Positions 24,558 to 37,405 of a DNA stretch of 64,000 nucleotides are shown here, piece after piece. The DNA comes from Anthoceros angustus (taxonomy: Eukaryota > Plantae > Anthocerotophyta): contig MU008214.1 of the NCBI GenBank assembly GCA_010909165.1, positions 62,001-126,000 on the forward strand, in the 5' to 3' direction. Under the pieces are notes generated by a model. The model had not been told where the DNA came from and did not search any database. It saw only the letters and a program-made list of their open reading frames with translations. Each line of letters begins with the position of its first letter. Position 1 is the stretch's first letter. Position numbers and translations under genes: made by a program.

Positions 24558-27217
24558 TCAGAACGGAAACAGCCAGTGCTTCTTCTTCTTCACGTCGTTA
24601 GGACTCTCCGGAGGATCTGCACCCAACCACGTGACTCAAGTTTCGGTCGATTCTATTGGAGGAACAAACAGACATGCAGCCAAAAAACACAAGCTCTTAC
24701 CTCCTTCGGGGTATATCGAATTGTAATGCACTTCCGCCCAGAAGCTCAGCCATATCACTGCGCGCCACATAACACCACGCTTTACTTTACTCACACCCCA
24801 CTTCCCTTCCCAAATTTCAGTTGGAAGGCAGTTAAATCAATACCTCGATTGGACTTCAACTGGCCGGGTGTGATCTCCACAAAACAAGTGTCTCTGAAAG
24901 ACGTCACGAGACTGATTTTCACGCCATACTGCGAGCAACCCATACAGATTTGTTACCACCACTCACAATCACAATCCCCATCCACCCATTGATTCAGATT
25001 GCTTTGTTACGAAGAGAACCCGTACATGATCAGCAGCAGCTTGCAGCGTCACATGATCGCCCCATTCCCCACTCCTGCCAGGTTTACGCTTCGGATGGTG
25101 AGAGACCCAAAATATAAAAATTGGGGCCGATTACAACAGACAACCATTCAACCTTGAAAACACCACACAGCACACAGCATACACCACTTCATGAATATTG
25201 CAGATTGAGTTCTGCACCAACAAACATACTTGGCCATTCTCTTCACGTATTCGCTGTACTTCATCGGAACATAGCCTTCGTAGCTTCCAGGATTAGCTTT
25301 AAGCTGCACATAGCATGCTACTTGTCACTCCCCTTCCCCCCACACACACACCTCACCCATATGGAAGAAAGCTAACTACTAAATGCCATAGGTGCTCTCG
25401 TGGTTGCAGCTACCTCAAGGTCATATCAGTCAACAGATTCATTACTACCAGCCTCTCTATACAAAGCATTTGATTGTCCAAGAACCGCAGATGACTGACA
25501 AACCTCTTATTGCACATGGTTGGACATTGGCTCACCTGTTCGACCACTGACTTTCTGACCACTTTGTGGTGTTCAGGAGTTCGATACAGTTGATCTGACA
25601 ACGCCCGAAACTGGAACATGGAGAAAGAACACAAGATTATTGCCTACCCACTGTGTTAGAGCTAAGCACCCACGTCTAACAGTGCATAGCCCATACACAG
25701 GGCAGAAATTAGTGTCAACCACCATCGGCTCGTAACAACGATGGGTGACGTTTACATTTGATCCAGCTACCTCTATGCTCAAAATGTTTTTCATAACCAA
25801 ACAAACCTGGCAATTGCCGTCACCCTGAATCTTGTTTTCAGAAAGTCCATAGAGATACAGCCTGTAGTTTGACGTGCACTTGCAGTCAGCGAAGTGCCAC
25901 CGGGAAACAATTGCAAAGGAACCACAGAAACCATGCCTGATTGTACCTTTCCAGCAGCCTTTGATGGTCTTCGGAGGCAGCATCAAGTGAAGGTATTTTG
26001 CCATTTATTTTGGGGATGTGCTGCCGCACAGAAATGCAAGAGGAAAATATATTTCAGTTTGAGAGAACTACTATGTCTGGTGCTGGACCCACTAAGCACC
26101 ACTCAAAGCAGGACCGTCAACCACTTGGCGGCTGGAAATGAAAAAATGCAACATATCAGACCTTCCGACCTCTTCTAGTTTCGACGAATCTGGCTCTGAC
26201 AAAGGGACTACGGTTAAACCACGATAAAACAAATCTTAAAGACCATTCAGTTTCACTCACAGGTATTGATTCCATATGAGTGAGGCGTTTGGCAACTTCT
26301 TGTTGGTGCCCTAGCTCTTCAGCAAGGACCAGTGCATATCTTCGATCATCATCTTCATTCGGGTGAAAGGCTGCACCAGATGTAGGACCTACAGCTGAAG
26401 ACGTTCCACTGTACCCGCTGTTGGACTGTGAAGTGACAAGTCCAGAAAGCCTTTCATAGCTGTTCCCTGATTCATCTCCTCCTACAACAGGGGTACTTGA
26501 CTGGTGGCTGCCTGGTCCCTGGTCCCTGCCACGCCGTTTCTGTCTCTCAGTCCAGTCCTGAGCGAGAAATTCTCCTTGGAAGTCATCCCTCGCCACATCC
26601 AGATTAGTATTTTTGCCTTCCGCCTCCAACGTAGCAAGATGAGAAAACTCCTCTTGTAGTGCAATTGCAATTACTTCGTCATTCGCTGTGGTGCTCTCCG
26701 ATCTTCGAGGTGTTGCCATCGTTGCTTGCGGTGGTGAGACAGAGCCAGGAGCAGCCGTGACACCCCCTCTTGGCGGTGCCGGTATTCTCAGACTGTTTCT
26801 TCCATATACCGATCCGTAAACATCATTGCTACCATACCTCTGGGATGCTCGAAAACGGGGGTTATCATCATGCTTGGAAAGAGGCTGTAGTCTAGACGAC
26901 GACGGTCTTTCTGAATCGCCAAGGAAACCATATGTATAGCTTGGATCAAACTCTGGTGATGAACTTGTAGTTGCAGCGTGTTGCTGGGAGGCAAATCCGT
27001 GTATGTACTGAGGAGCCGATTCTGGTCGGGACGTCCCTGACGCCCCTGTTTGAGGTAATGGTTCAGGATCAATCCAGGCATACCTGGAGCCTAACCTGCT
27101 CTCATAATGGCTAACTGGTCCAGCCCTTGCATCATGAGTCGGACCTCCGCCTCCATCAAGCAAGTTAAGCCCCCACCTCACCAAGTCGGGATCACCTAAG
27201 CATCCAACCTTAGGCAT
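24558..27217 (-). CDS. OTU-domain deubiquitinase (OTU9/11/12-like)
   Basis: Nine GT-AG exons: 27217-26261, 26020-25947, 25861-25807, 25610-25536, 25303-25230, 25074-25026, 24928-24844, 24757-24701, 24616-24558. Motifs DPDLVRWGL, HIPKING, GDGNCQFRALSDQLY, SGEWGDHVTLQAAAD, LSFWAEVHYNSIY, KKKHWLF. Confidence 0.93.
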
Positions 27218-27302
27218 TAGTGAGAAACACTACTCACCAACGAAGCATAAGACATCTAGGTAGGACCGTGATATTTGAAAAGACTTTCACAATTAGCACA
27301 AG

Positions 27303-27390
27303 CCATGGAGCACACCCTAATCAATCAAAGACATGGAACACACCGTAATCAATCAAAGACATGGAACACACCCTAATCAAACAAAGAGGA
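27303..27390. repeat. 28-bp tandem repeat x3
   Basis: CATGGAACACACCCTAATCAATCAAAGA units upstream of the OTU start codon. Confidence 0.8.
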
Positions 27391-28400
27391 GCAATGCTTT
27401 GAGACAGACAGCAGGACAATCGAACCTGCCATACCACAAGGATTTGACAGAAGACGGTATTAACCTGCTGGCGGAGGTCGGACAACCTACACCGGAAATG
27501 TAGCAATTTGAATTGAAGTATATCCAAGAATAGCATAAAATTCATGCATCAATCCATACCCATTCAACAGCAATTCCGTCTTGATAACATCCAGAATGAA
27601 GTTCCGTCTGGGTAACATCCACGTCTTTGTAACACTTTATTCCGGGTCCCAAGCATGCCATGCCCTTCCTAAAGGGCTTCAGCTGCTAGACGTACGCGCA
27701 TACACTGCGAGCGCCAAAATCTTGATCTCACAGGTGATCCCAAACACACTGCTCTCACGCGCATTGGCAACCAGTCTCCTATGCAGCTATCAGGAGAAGG
27801 GGTCCAAAGTGCGGCCTCTCAACACAAGTGAGAAGTGCGGCTTCTAAGAGGTAGAGTAGGGACTTCGGACAAGAATTGGGACTTCATGCAATAGCACGCA
27901 CAAACACAACCAACTGCGGCCAAATGGTCGTAATACGTCAGCACAGGCCGATTGATTCACCTGCTGCTGTGGAATGCATTCCTTGCCCTATTTTGGCCCC
28001 GCGCTAACTGCGTGTTCACTCGCAGTGAAGGACGGAATTGGCAGTCTGCAGTCTGCACAATCGCGACGCCAAAGAAAATCCGAAGCTCGGTAGTCGGGAT
28101 TGAATCACCTCTGAGTCACTCCGCAGTGACGGAACCCGGCAAGCAAGGAAGGGCAGCTGCATCGGGAATGAGCATGAGCAGAGCGTGCAGATCGTATGTA
28201 GGTTGGTCACGTTCGTGGACATAAGGACACAGGGGAACTAACGGTAGGAGGGTGGAGTACGACGTTGTTTCAACCCGTGACACTTGGTCTCCAGTCACAG
28301 GTTATACCTGAAAAATATTCATGCGGATTGCGCGTAGGGCGTCGAGTTGCCAGGAAGCCTAACGCAGCATCCAGTTTTCATTGCTGACAGTTCTTTGTCC

Positions 28401-30143
28401 ATGGCTGTCGGCAACGCCAAGGGCCTCCATGGTTTCGTCGGCAAGGCAGCGGAGATGGCCATCAATTGGTACCCGGGCCATATGGCTTCAGCTTCTCGGG
28501 TCATCCGACAGCACCTCAAGAATGTGGACCTAGTCATTGAAGTTCGTGATGCAAGGGTATGTCATGCCTGCCCCACGCCACTGACCGTTGTCTTGGTTCA
28601 AGCAATTTGTCTTACTGTTCGGTCTTTGGAACTGGCAGATACCGTTGTCATCCTCCAACGTCGAGCTGCAGGAAATCTTGTCGAGGAGGAAAAGGCTTAT
28701 CGTGTTGAACAAGATGGATCTTGCAAATCCGAACATGATGCGGGTGAGTGGGGAAGATGGAGTTGCTGAGTCTTCTGCTGTTGGCATCATGCGTTGCCGA
28801 CCAGGTTCCATTTGCAGAAATGGGGCGAGTACTTCGATGCATGTGGAAGTCGTTACGTTTTTGTGAACGCGAACTCAACAAAATCCGTGCAGAAGGTACC
28901 TAGTACTCTGTGGATTATTACGTATATCCTGTGTGAGTAGGCATGCCATCTCGTTCGTGATAGTTCATTCGCGTCGGGATGTCTGCAGCTGCTGGATACT
29001 GCAAGGGACTGGCTGAAAGAGAAGCTAGTGAAAGAGCCCACCTTGCTGCTGATGTTGCTGGGGCTTCCCAACGTGGGCAAGTCAGCTATTCTGAACAAGA
29101 TGTATCAGCTTACAAGATCGGGGTTTCCAGGTACTGTTTGCTGCCAGCGCTGTTTGTTACACATGAGAGTCATGTAGCAGCAGGAGAGTCATTGGAGCCT
29201 TTGGAGCCCAAGCTTTATCTATCTTAGAGCACACTATCTTAGAGCGGTTTGTCTAGCGCAGGAGCATTTGAAGAAAGCAAAGGTTGGACCTCTGCCTGGA
29301 GTCACCCGACACATATCAGGCTTCCAGGTCTGGGATATGTCCTTACCAGCACTTGATACATGTCATCATCTTTCAGCCTGAGGTGAGGGTTGATAACCTT
29401 TGCCTGCTGACAATTGACATAGGTGTGTAACATGTGTTGTCCCAGGTTGGTAGACATCCAAGCATCTATGCGCTTGACACACCTGGAGTGCTGGTTCCAA
29501 AAATCCGTGATGTTGAGACAGGGTTGAAGCTGTCATTGACTGGTACTGCCTCCCCACCACCTACAGGCCCGGTGCTATTGTTAGAACCACTTGAAACCTG
29601 TTAGCTGATGTTGATGCTTGCTATTCAGGAGCCGTAAAAGACTCTGTGGTAGGAGAAGAGCGGATTGCAAGATACTTGCTCTCGCTTCTGAATGCACGTG
29701 ACGTCTACTCGAGCTGGAAGCTGGATGGAAATGCCGAGCGACCTGACAGTCCCAAGGTATGAATCTTTCTTCCAGTTGGTGTGGGGAGTTTGAAACTTTT
29801 GTTAGTCATGTTCCCCTAATGTTATTCATGTATGCTCTGTCTGCAGGCTGTGCCTGGCAGGGTATCCGATGTCCGGCACACCCTAGCTGCAACATATCGG
29901 TCATTCAATGGGAACCTCAATGAGATGCAGGAGATGGAAAGCTTGGTGGACGACCAAATGAAGGCCTTGTCAAGCCTGTTGAAGATCCCCGCTGCTTTGG
30001 TAGATGGTGGCTCACCACGTGTTGCACAAGAGCTTGTGCAGATGTACAGAGTAGGTAGCTTGGGGCGCTACACATGGGATATGGTTCCCGACTGCAGAAA
30101 AATAGGTGTGCAGGAAAAGGGTCTAGACTCGCACACTCGCTGA
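28401..30143 (+). CDS. DGP2: RbgA/YlqF/MTG1-family circularly permuted GTPase (DAR GTPase 2-like)
   Basis: Eight GT-AG exons: 28401-28556, 28639-28743, 28818-28895, 28989-29130, 29257-29327, 29446-29542, 29629-29756, 29847-30143. Motifs INWYPGHMA, VLNKMDL, GLPNVGKS, PLPGVT, LDTPG. Confidence 0.92.
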
Positions 30144-30445
30144 ACTAAGAGAGAATGGCAGAAGCTTATGGAATGTGCACATGTTCCTTAGGTTACTAAT
30201 TGTGGTGACGTCCTCAATGTTCAGTAGTGAAATAGAGGTCGCTAAGTACATGGAATCACACGGTTGAAGAGAAGCTGGTGAAAGTGGTGCTGCCTGCATC
30301 TTAGCCCAGGTGGAGGTTCAGCCATTGTTGCCTGCAAAAATGGCATTGTGCTTGCAGGGCATGGGCAAAGCCGATGGAGGGAAGACGCGCTGCACCAGTT
30401 GTTTCATGTTGGAAGTCACTACAACTCGGATGTGTTGGTCAGCTT

Positions 30446-30560
30446 CCTCGCTCTTCTCCGGGTACTCCTTCAATATGAAAAGTAGGGCCTCGTTCTTCTC
30501 CGGGTACTCCTTCAAAATGAAAAGTATGGCCTCGTTCTTCTCCGGGTATTCTTTCATGTG
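30446..30560. repeat. 42-bp tandem repeat (~2.7 units)
   Basis: CCTCGTTCTTCTCCGGGTACTCCTTCAA units starting at 30446, 30488 and 30530. Confidence 0.85.
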
Positions 30561-31369
30561 AACGACCATATTGTTGATCTCCGGAATTCCATCATGTGGC
30601 GGTGGGCAGCATGGCAAATTCAAGATTGTAGGATCATGCACGCTAGGCTAGCGTTGTGGATGTACATACATACTTTGCATTTTGCAACCTTCCCAAGGTT
30701 GGTTCACGTTGTAGATGTACATACATAGTGTGCATTTTACAACCTACCCAAGGTTGATGTGAATCTAAGGTTATTGAAGAGGCGGAACACACTTTAGCCA
30801 GCTTCTCTTCTTCAACCGGGTGATTTCGTGACTTCAACTAGTTTCTCTTGAACCGTGTTATTTCATGTACTTAGGTCTTGTGGACATAGAGGATGTCATC
30901 ACTACTAGCAAACATTTCGTAAAACATTTCATGTAATTAGTAACGAAACATCGAAGCGACACGCAATAATTAGTTGCCGAAATATTTCATAAGCTTTTGC
31001 CTATTCTCTTAGCTCAACAAATGTGTGAGTGCAAACTCTTTTCCTGCACACCTAGGTTTTCATACTACCTTTGTCCTTTTCATAACAAGAGTATTACGAA
31101 AGTACCAGTAATATCTCTGTCCTTTTCATACCTTTGTCTTTTCAAAATAAGGGTATTACGAAGATTTCAAAGATGAATTTTGCATTTTTTTTAGTGAATT
31201 CAGAGACTTAATAGATTTTTCAAAGTATACATCGAAGGCCCGCATTGGAATTTGGAGGCCCTGCTTATTGCAAAGGCTGAGGGCATGATGTTTACATCAT
31301 GTAGTCTCATAGGGGCTTGAAGTTGGTCTAGGGGGCACTCCATCCAAGCACTGACCCATCCCAGGGATG

Positions 31370-31767
31370 TTTAACTGTGGAGTTCCTATGAACTCATGTC
31401 TGGATGTCACTCTTGGAAGGTGCATAGATACCACCCAAGCACCGATCCATCACAAGCTGGGATAGTTGGCACCTCTTTCATCCAGTGATCCGTCCCAAGG
31501 ACGTTTAACTTTGGAGTTACTATGAACTTATGTCTAGATGCCCAAGCACCGATCCACTCAAGCATTGATCCGTCGTTTAACTTTGGAGTTCCTATGAACT
31601 TATGTCTAGATGCCCAAGCACCGATCCACTCAAGCATTGATCCGTCGTTTAACTTTGGAGTTCCTATGAACTTATGTCTAGATGCCCAAGCACCGATCCA
31701 CCCAAGCATTGATCCGTCACATGTTGGGATGGCTGGATCCGTCCCAAGGACGTTTAACTTTGGAGTT
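31370..31767. repeat. 72-bp minisatellite
   Basis: Units start at 31503, 31575 and 31647, with diverged units at 31371 and 31752. The last unit is cut by the Copia LTR. Confidence 0.88.
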
Positions 31768-34700
31768 TGTTAAGAAAATAAACATTAGTTATTTAGTACA
31801 TTGGCTATATATCTATAGGGCTTTCCTAGTTAGTTAGGTTAGTCATAGCAGTTGTAACTGCTTGTGCCTTTGGGCATATATGTATAGTGTGTTCAACATT
31901 TAATCAACTACTCTTAGGTGCATGCCGTGCATAAGTGTGTGTGTGCATCTATAAAGTTTACATGGTATCAGAGCAGTGTATCTGATGGCCTGTTGTTCTT
32001 CTTGATAAATCTTTTAGATTATCTTTAATTCATCAATAAATATGGAGGTTCTTGATTTCAGATATAATCTATATTTATAATGAAGAACAGATTGTGCATT
32101 TCCTGATGAGGGTATCTTCACGATGCCTCGCAAGGGAAATTGCAGTCATTTGTGGGATGAGGACGTGAGCACTAAGCGAGGCAGAGTCAAGGCTGCAGCG
32201 ACACCTCGGGATTTGGATTTCCAAGAAGAGTTTGAACGTCTATATTTTAAACGCCAGATTTCACAATCGAAACAGGTGGAAAGAGTTCGATTTCTCCAGC
32301 AGTTTGTAGATTCATTCCCTCCAGAATTTTATCGTCCTGCAGTCTCCTCTGCATCAAGGAGTCTAAGTAGGTTAGAGAAACCGATACTTGCTTCAGTTCA
32401 GGTAGAACAAGACACTAGGGTTATTTCAAGTAACTGCTCTCAATTGTCTACCTGCTGTGCTCATGCAGATCTTTTTAATTCTGTCCTCAATCACCAGAAT
32501 GCTAGATTGATAGAACTGTTCAGCAAAGTGGATAGAGTCATTTCCAAAATAGATAAAATTGAGACAGAGAGAGATGCTGAAAAATTCTCTGCTGTTTCTA
32601 TAGAGTTGGAAGTAAAAACACATTCAAAGGAGCTTAGAGAAATCAGACAGATGCTAGGGTCTGATGCTCCTATTGGAAAATACTTACCTTGACTTGTAGG
32701 TGTGATGGCGGCAGATCAAACATCTGACCGCCTACAGGAAAAAGACAGGTTGACCCCACATAATTTTGACGCCTGGTCTTTTCGTGTGAGATGCATTTTA
32801 GAGGAGAAACTCCTGATGGAAGTGGCAGATGGTTCAGCCCCGAAGCGTGTTGCTGGGGAGGATTCCGGCTCATTGACCCCTGGAGGTGTAAACAAGAAGT
32901 TATGGTCAATGAAAGATGAACTGGAATGGAACCACAAGGATCGAAAAGCAAAGACGATTCTGGTGGGTTCAGTCTCTCAAGAGATGATCCCGCATATAAA
33001 ACTTACCAAGCATTCACACGAGGTGTGGTCATTGCTTAATGACACTTATGAATCGAAAGACGTGATCTCAGAAGCTGCTGCAACAAGTCACTACCAAAAC
33101 CTGCGTATGAAAGAGACGGACTCTGTTGAGAGTCACGTAGCCAGGTTTAGAGCAGCACGGGCTAGGCTCGCTGCCTGTGGAGTGATAATTCAGGAAGGAA
33201 GGGCTGCTGTCCAATTCCTTATGAGTCTTCCACCCAGCTATGAAACCTGGAGTTCCAACATCCAAGCAACAGCTACTGTTACACCTGCAACAGCTACTAC
33301 CCCCGCAGTTTCAAACCTCACAGTTTAGAAATTGGTTGGAGCCCTGCTACAGGCAGAAGCCAACCGGAAACATATGAACAAGGGATCTGTGAGTTCTTCT
33401 TACAAGCAGAGTGATACTGCTTTATTTTTTGGCCGCGGCAGAGGACGTGGCAGAGGCAGGGGGCGTGGACGTGGAGGTTTTGGAAGAGGCAGAGGACATG
33501 CGTCTAAACCTGAATCCAACTCCAGTTCACAGCAGCCCGGGAAGAAGCTTGGAGTGTGCAACTACTGCCACAAGCCAGGGCACTGGGTTAGAGACTGCAG
33601 AACAAAACAAAGAGATGATGCTGGAAAAGGAAAATCACATGATGCAAATGTGACAAGGGCTGCAACTCCTGGACTGCTGGTAACCTGTTTGTCGTCAGTG
33701 TCCAAAAGTAGAAATCAGTGGTTCTTAGACAGTGGTGCTTCTAATCACATGTGCTCGTCTAAGAAGTCTTTTACAAAATACATTGTTGCCCCTTGTCAAC
33801 ATGCTGTAGTTTTGGGAGATAATTCCCATATACCGATTAGAGGGATGGGCTCAGTGGTAGTTACCCTGCATAATGGGAAGACGTGGGAGTTAGAGAATGT
33901 GCTCCATGTCCCTGCACTCAAGAAAAACCTTGTCAGTACAATGACTTCAGGCAAAACAGGACAGTATAGAATCCTATTTGAAGGTTTAGAGTGTGCTATC
34001 ACTAGATTGAGTTCACCTTCAGAAGTCATAGCTAGAGGTACTCCACTATATGACTTGTATCTTCTCGATTTTGTCTCAAATGTTCAGCCTCAGCCCGTAC
34101 ATGTAGCTGAGTCTACTGTTAATAAAACACAAGTCGCTTTTAGATGGCACTGTAGGCTTGGACACCCCAACATAAAAGCAATGAGACGTTTACTAAAGGA
34201 GAAGATGGTTACCGGTTTTTCTGAATCAGATCTGCCAGATCTTGAGCTTTGTGTTGCTTGTGTCCATGGGAAACAATTCAAGTCACATTTCGGATCTGGT
34301 AAACCAAGGAAAGCAACTGATGTGTTAGACCTTGTCCATACGGACATCTGTGGTCCCATGTCCACACCAAGCTGGGGAGGTGCCAGGTACTTTGTTGTGT
34401 TTGAAGATGACAAGACGCATTTCACTGTCACAGAGATGTTGAAGCACAAAAGCGATGTTTTCGATAGCTTCAAACGCTATCTGGCTTATGCTGAACGCCA
34501 GACTGGCTACAAGTTGAAGTGCATCAGATCCGACAACGGGAAGGAGTACATCCTGTCCACAACATTTCAGGAGTTCTGACAGGAGCGTGGAATTACTAGG
34601 CAACTTACAATTCCGTATCATTCAGACATGAATGGAAGAGCGAGCCTTGAGACCGGAGACCATACAAGATCTTGCGAGAGCTCTTACATGTCGGGGAGGC

Positions 34701-37118
34701 TACCTATACGCTCGGCGGTCACAGTGGCTACTTATCTGCAAAATCGAATAGCTGTCTCATCTCTTCCGGATTGTACACCATTTGAGTCTTGGACAGGAGT
34801 GAAGCCAGATATTTCCCATCTTCGAGTGTTTGGTAGCCTATGCACACATCCCAGATAAGCTTAGACAGAAGTTTTCTTTTAAATCTAAAAGACATGTGTT
34901 TATAGGCTACACACCAGGCATTCACGGCTATAAATTGTTTGAACCTGTATCTCGTAGAGTTGTTCATGCACGTACAGTTGCCTTTGATGAACGTTCTGTC
35001 CTCAAGCCTCCTGCTGATTCCCACCGTGACCCTCTTGTCACAGACATAGACACTATAGGTCAAACATCAGAAGATGTCATGGTAGAGTTCGATGGATCAG
35101 ATTTTTCAGACATTGTCCATTTTCCTACCTTTGATGCGTCTGATATTCCAGATCCTGCAGTTTACGTTCCAGATCCAGGTCCTTTTCCTGGCCCCCTTCC
35201 TGCTATTCCAATAGCCCCTGCTGTGCCTATTCCTCCTAATCCACCTGATCTGGTTGTAGCTGATGATGATTTTGCATCGCATGATGACCTTCCTGTGCCT
35301 GTGCATGCTCCTGTTGGGCCTGATGTGGATGATCCCGTGGAGTATGTTATTCCACCTTCTGATCCGCATGCTGCTCCTCGGAGGTCTGCCAGGATTCACA
35401 GAGGACGTGATCAGTGGACTGAAAAGCCTTATGAGGCTGAAGATTGGCGCACAAGGAGGAATCCACCTGTCCCTCGTGTAGTGGGAGTAAACCCCAATGA
35501 GATTGTGGGTGAGTTTGTTCACTGTCATCCCGCACAGCATGAACCTCAGTCTTATAAAGAAGTCATTCTTTGGACACGAATCTAAATCCTGGATCGCTCA
35601 TCACATCGAATCGACTCACGATTCACAATCAAACATGGGAACTTTGTCCCCCGCCTAAGGGGAGGAAGATTGTCAGTAGTAAGTGGGTGTTCAAACTGAA
35701 GTACAAAGCTGATGGATCTATAGCGAGGTACAAAGCCCGTCTGGTAGCCAGAGGGTTTTCTCAAGTGCCAGGGTTAGACTATCACGATACCTTTTCTCCG
35801 GTGGTCAAGGCGCAGTCCCTTCGTGCCTTGTTCGCCATGTCTGGATTCTTTGCCTTGTTCATCCTCCAGATGGATGTGAAAACAGCCTTTCTCCATGGTA
35901 AGTTGGAAGAAGAGATATATGGCGCAGGAGGGCTCTGAAGGCGAAGGGCCAGGAGGGGGTGCAAATTCTTTGAAGACCATTTACGGGTTGAAACAGTCTC
36001 CCAGAGCATGGTACCAGTGCATCGACGAGTTTCTCCTCGACCTTGGCTTCGTCAAGAGTGATGCTGACTCCAACGTGTATTTCCTACAAGACAAGATAGG
36101 GTTTGTGGTGTTAGCATTATATGTCGACGATTGCATTCTACTGGGAACCGATTTAGGAGGCATCAACAAGGTGAAGAAGCTCTTATCTGGAAGATTTGAC
36201 ATGGTGGATATCGGAGAGCTGTCCTACTGCTCGGGCACTCAGCTGCTCCGAGATCTGTCAAACGGCACACTTATAATACATCAGGAGAAGTACATATTCG
36301 ATATACTTTTCAAGTATAAGTTGGTGGATGCTAAGACTGCTGCAACTCCTATGGAAGCTGGCTGTAGGCTCAGTCTGGAGCAGTCAGCCAAGACAGATGT
36401 TGAGAAGCGTGAAATGGTAGACGTACCTTACTCTCAAGCTGTAGGCTCTTTGATTTTCTGTTCTAACCATACGAGACCAGACATCTCGCTACCTGTTAGC
36501 ATGGTGTCTCAGTTTCTCAAGGAACCTGGTAGAGCCCACTGGTCAGCGGTTAAGAGAATTCTAAGGTACTTGAAAGGAACAAGCAGACATGGCATCCATT
36601 ATACCAAACAGGCCTATGAAGGAGAGGCACTTACCTTAGTGGGTTACTGTGACGCGGATTGGGCTGCTAACCCAGACTCCAGGAAGTTAGTATCCGCATA
36701 TGCTTTTCTGTTAGCTGGTGGCGTCATCACCTGGTCTTCCAAAAAGCAAGCAACAGTTTCGTTATCGTCAACAGAAAAAGAGTATTGTGCTCTAACGCAA
36801 GCTGCAAAGGAAGGCATTTGGTTAAGAAGACTTCTCAAGGATCTTGGTCAGGAACAAACACAGCCGACGATCATCTACTGTGATAAACAAGGAGCTTTGT
36901 CACTCGCTGAGAACCCAGTTTTTCACGCGAGGACAAAGCACATTGAAGTGCGACACCATTTTATCAGACATGCAGTGTCCACATGACAAATTCAGCTGGA
37001 GTATGTGCCAACAGACTCCAATGCTGCAGATGTCCTAACAAAGGCACTTCCAAAGGTAAAGCACATGCAATTTAAAGAAGCACTAGGAGTCCTAGACTCC
37101 TCTTACCTGTCAGCTTAG
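31768..37118 (+). mobile_element. Ty1/Copia LTR retrotransposon (5' LTR, PBS, extra ORF, gag-pol); no matching 3' LTR found
   Basis: TG...CA LTR 31768-31962, then iMet PBS TGGTATCAGAGC 31963-31974. Gag UBN2-like region, CNYCHKPGHW knuckle, WFLDSGAS protease, HCRLGH/CVAC integrase, RT (ALYVDD), RNase H (ADVLTKAL). In-frame stops at 33326 and 34577 plus frameshifts. Confidence 0.93.
32123..32692 (+). CDS. Intact 189-aa extra ORF between PBS and gag, function unknown
   Basis: Open ATG-to-stop ORF ending 9 nt before the gag ATG; C-terminal half looks coiled-coil-like. Confidence 0.55.
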   Translation: MPRKGNCSHLWDEDVSTKRGRVKAAATPRDLDFQEEFERLYFKRQISQSKQVERVRFLQQFVDSFPPEFYRPAVSSASRSLSRLEKPILASVQVEQDTRVISSNCSQLSTCCAHADLFNSVLNHQNARLIELFSKVDRVISKIDKIETERDAEKFSAVSIELEVKTHSKELREIRQMLGSDAPIGKYLP

Positions 37119-37405
37119 GTAGAGTTGATAGTGTCCTGACTGTACAGTGACTGAAGCACTCGTTTACATGACCTTGAAGGTCTTAGGAGTCTGGTTCTGG
37201 GTTACTACTGTCTGGTGCTCTCCAAAGAAGAAGTTTTTCCTGTCATTCTCCTCACCTCACTCTCTTCTAAGGAGTCCTAGGTAGTTTGGATCAAAGTTTT
37301 ACTCAGTAGGCTCCTCATCAGTATCTTCATCCTCTGTCCCGTACTCTACACCAGCTTCATCGTGCATTCGCTGTCTAGACACTATAAGGATGACACTGTC
37401 AGCAG

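Noticed and set aside
30318-31773. ORFs 30318-30641, 31407-31709 and 31522-31773
   Set aside because: Products of the 42-bp and 72-bp tandem repeats, whose lengths are multiples of 3.
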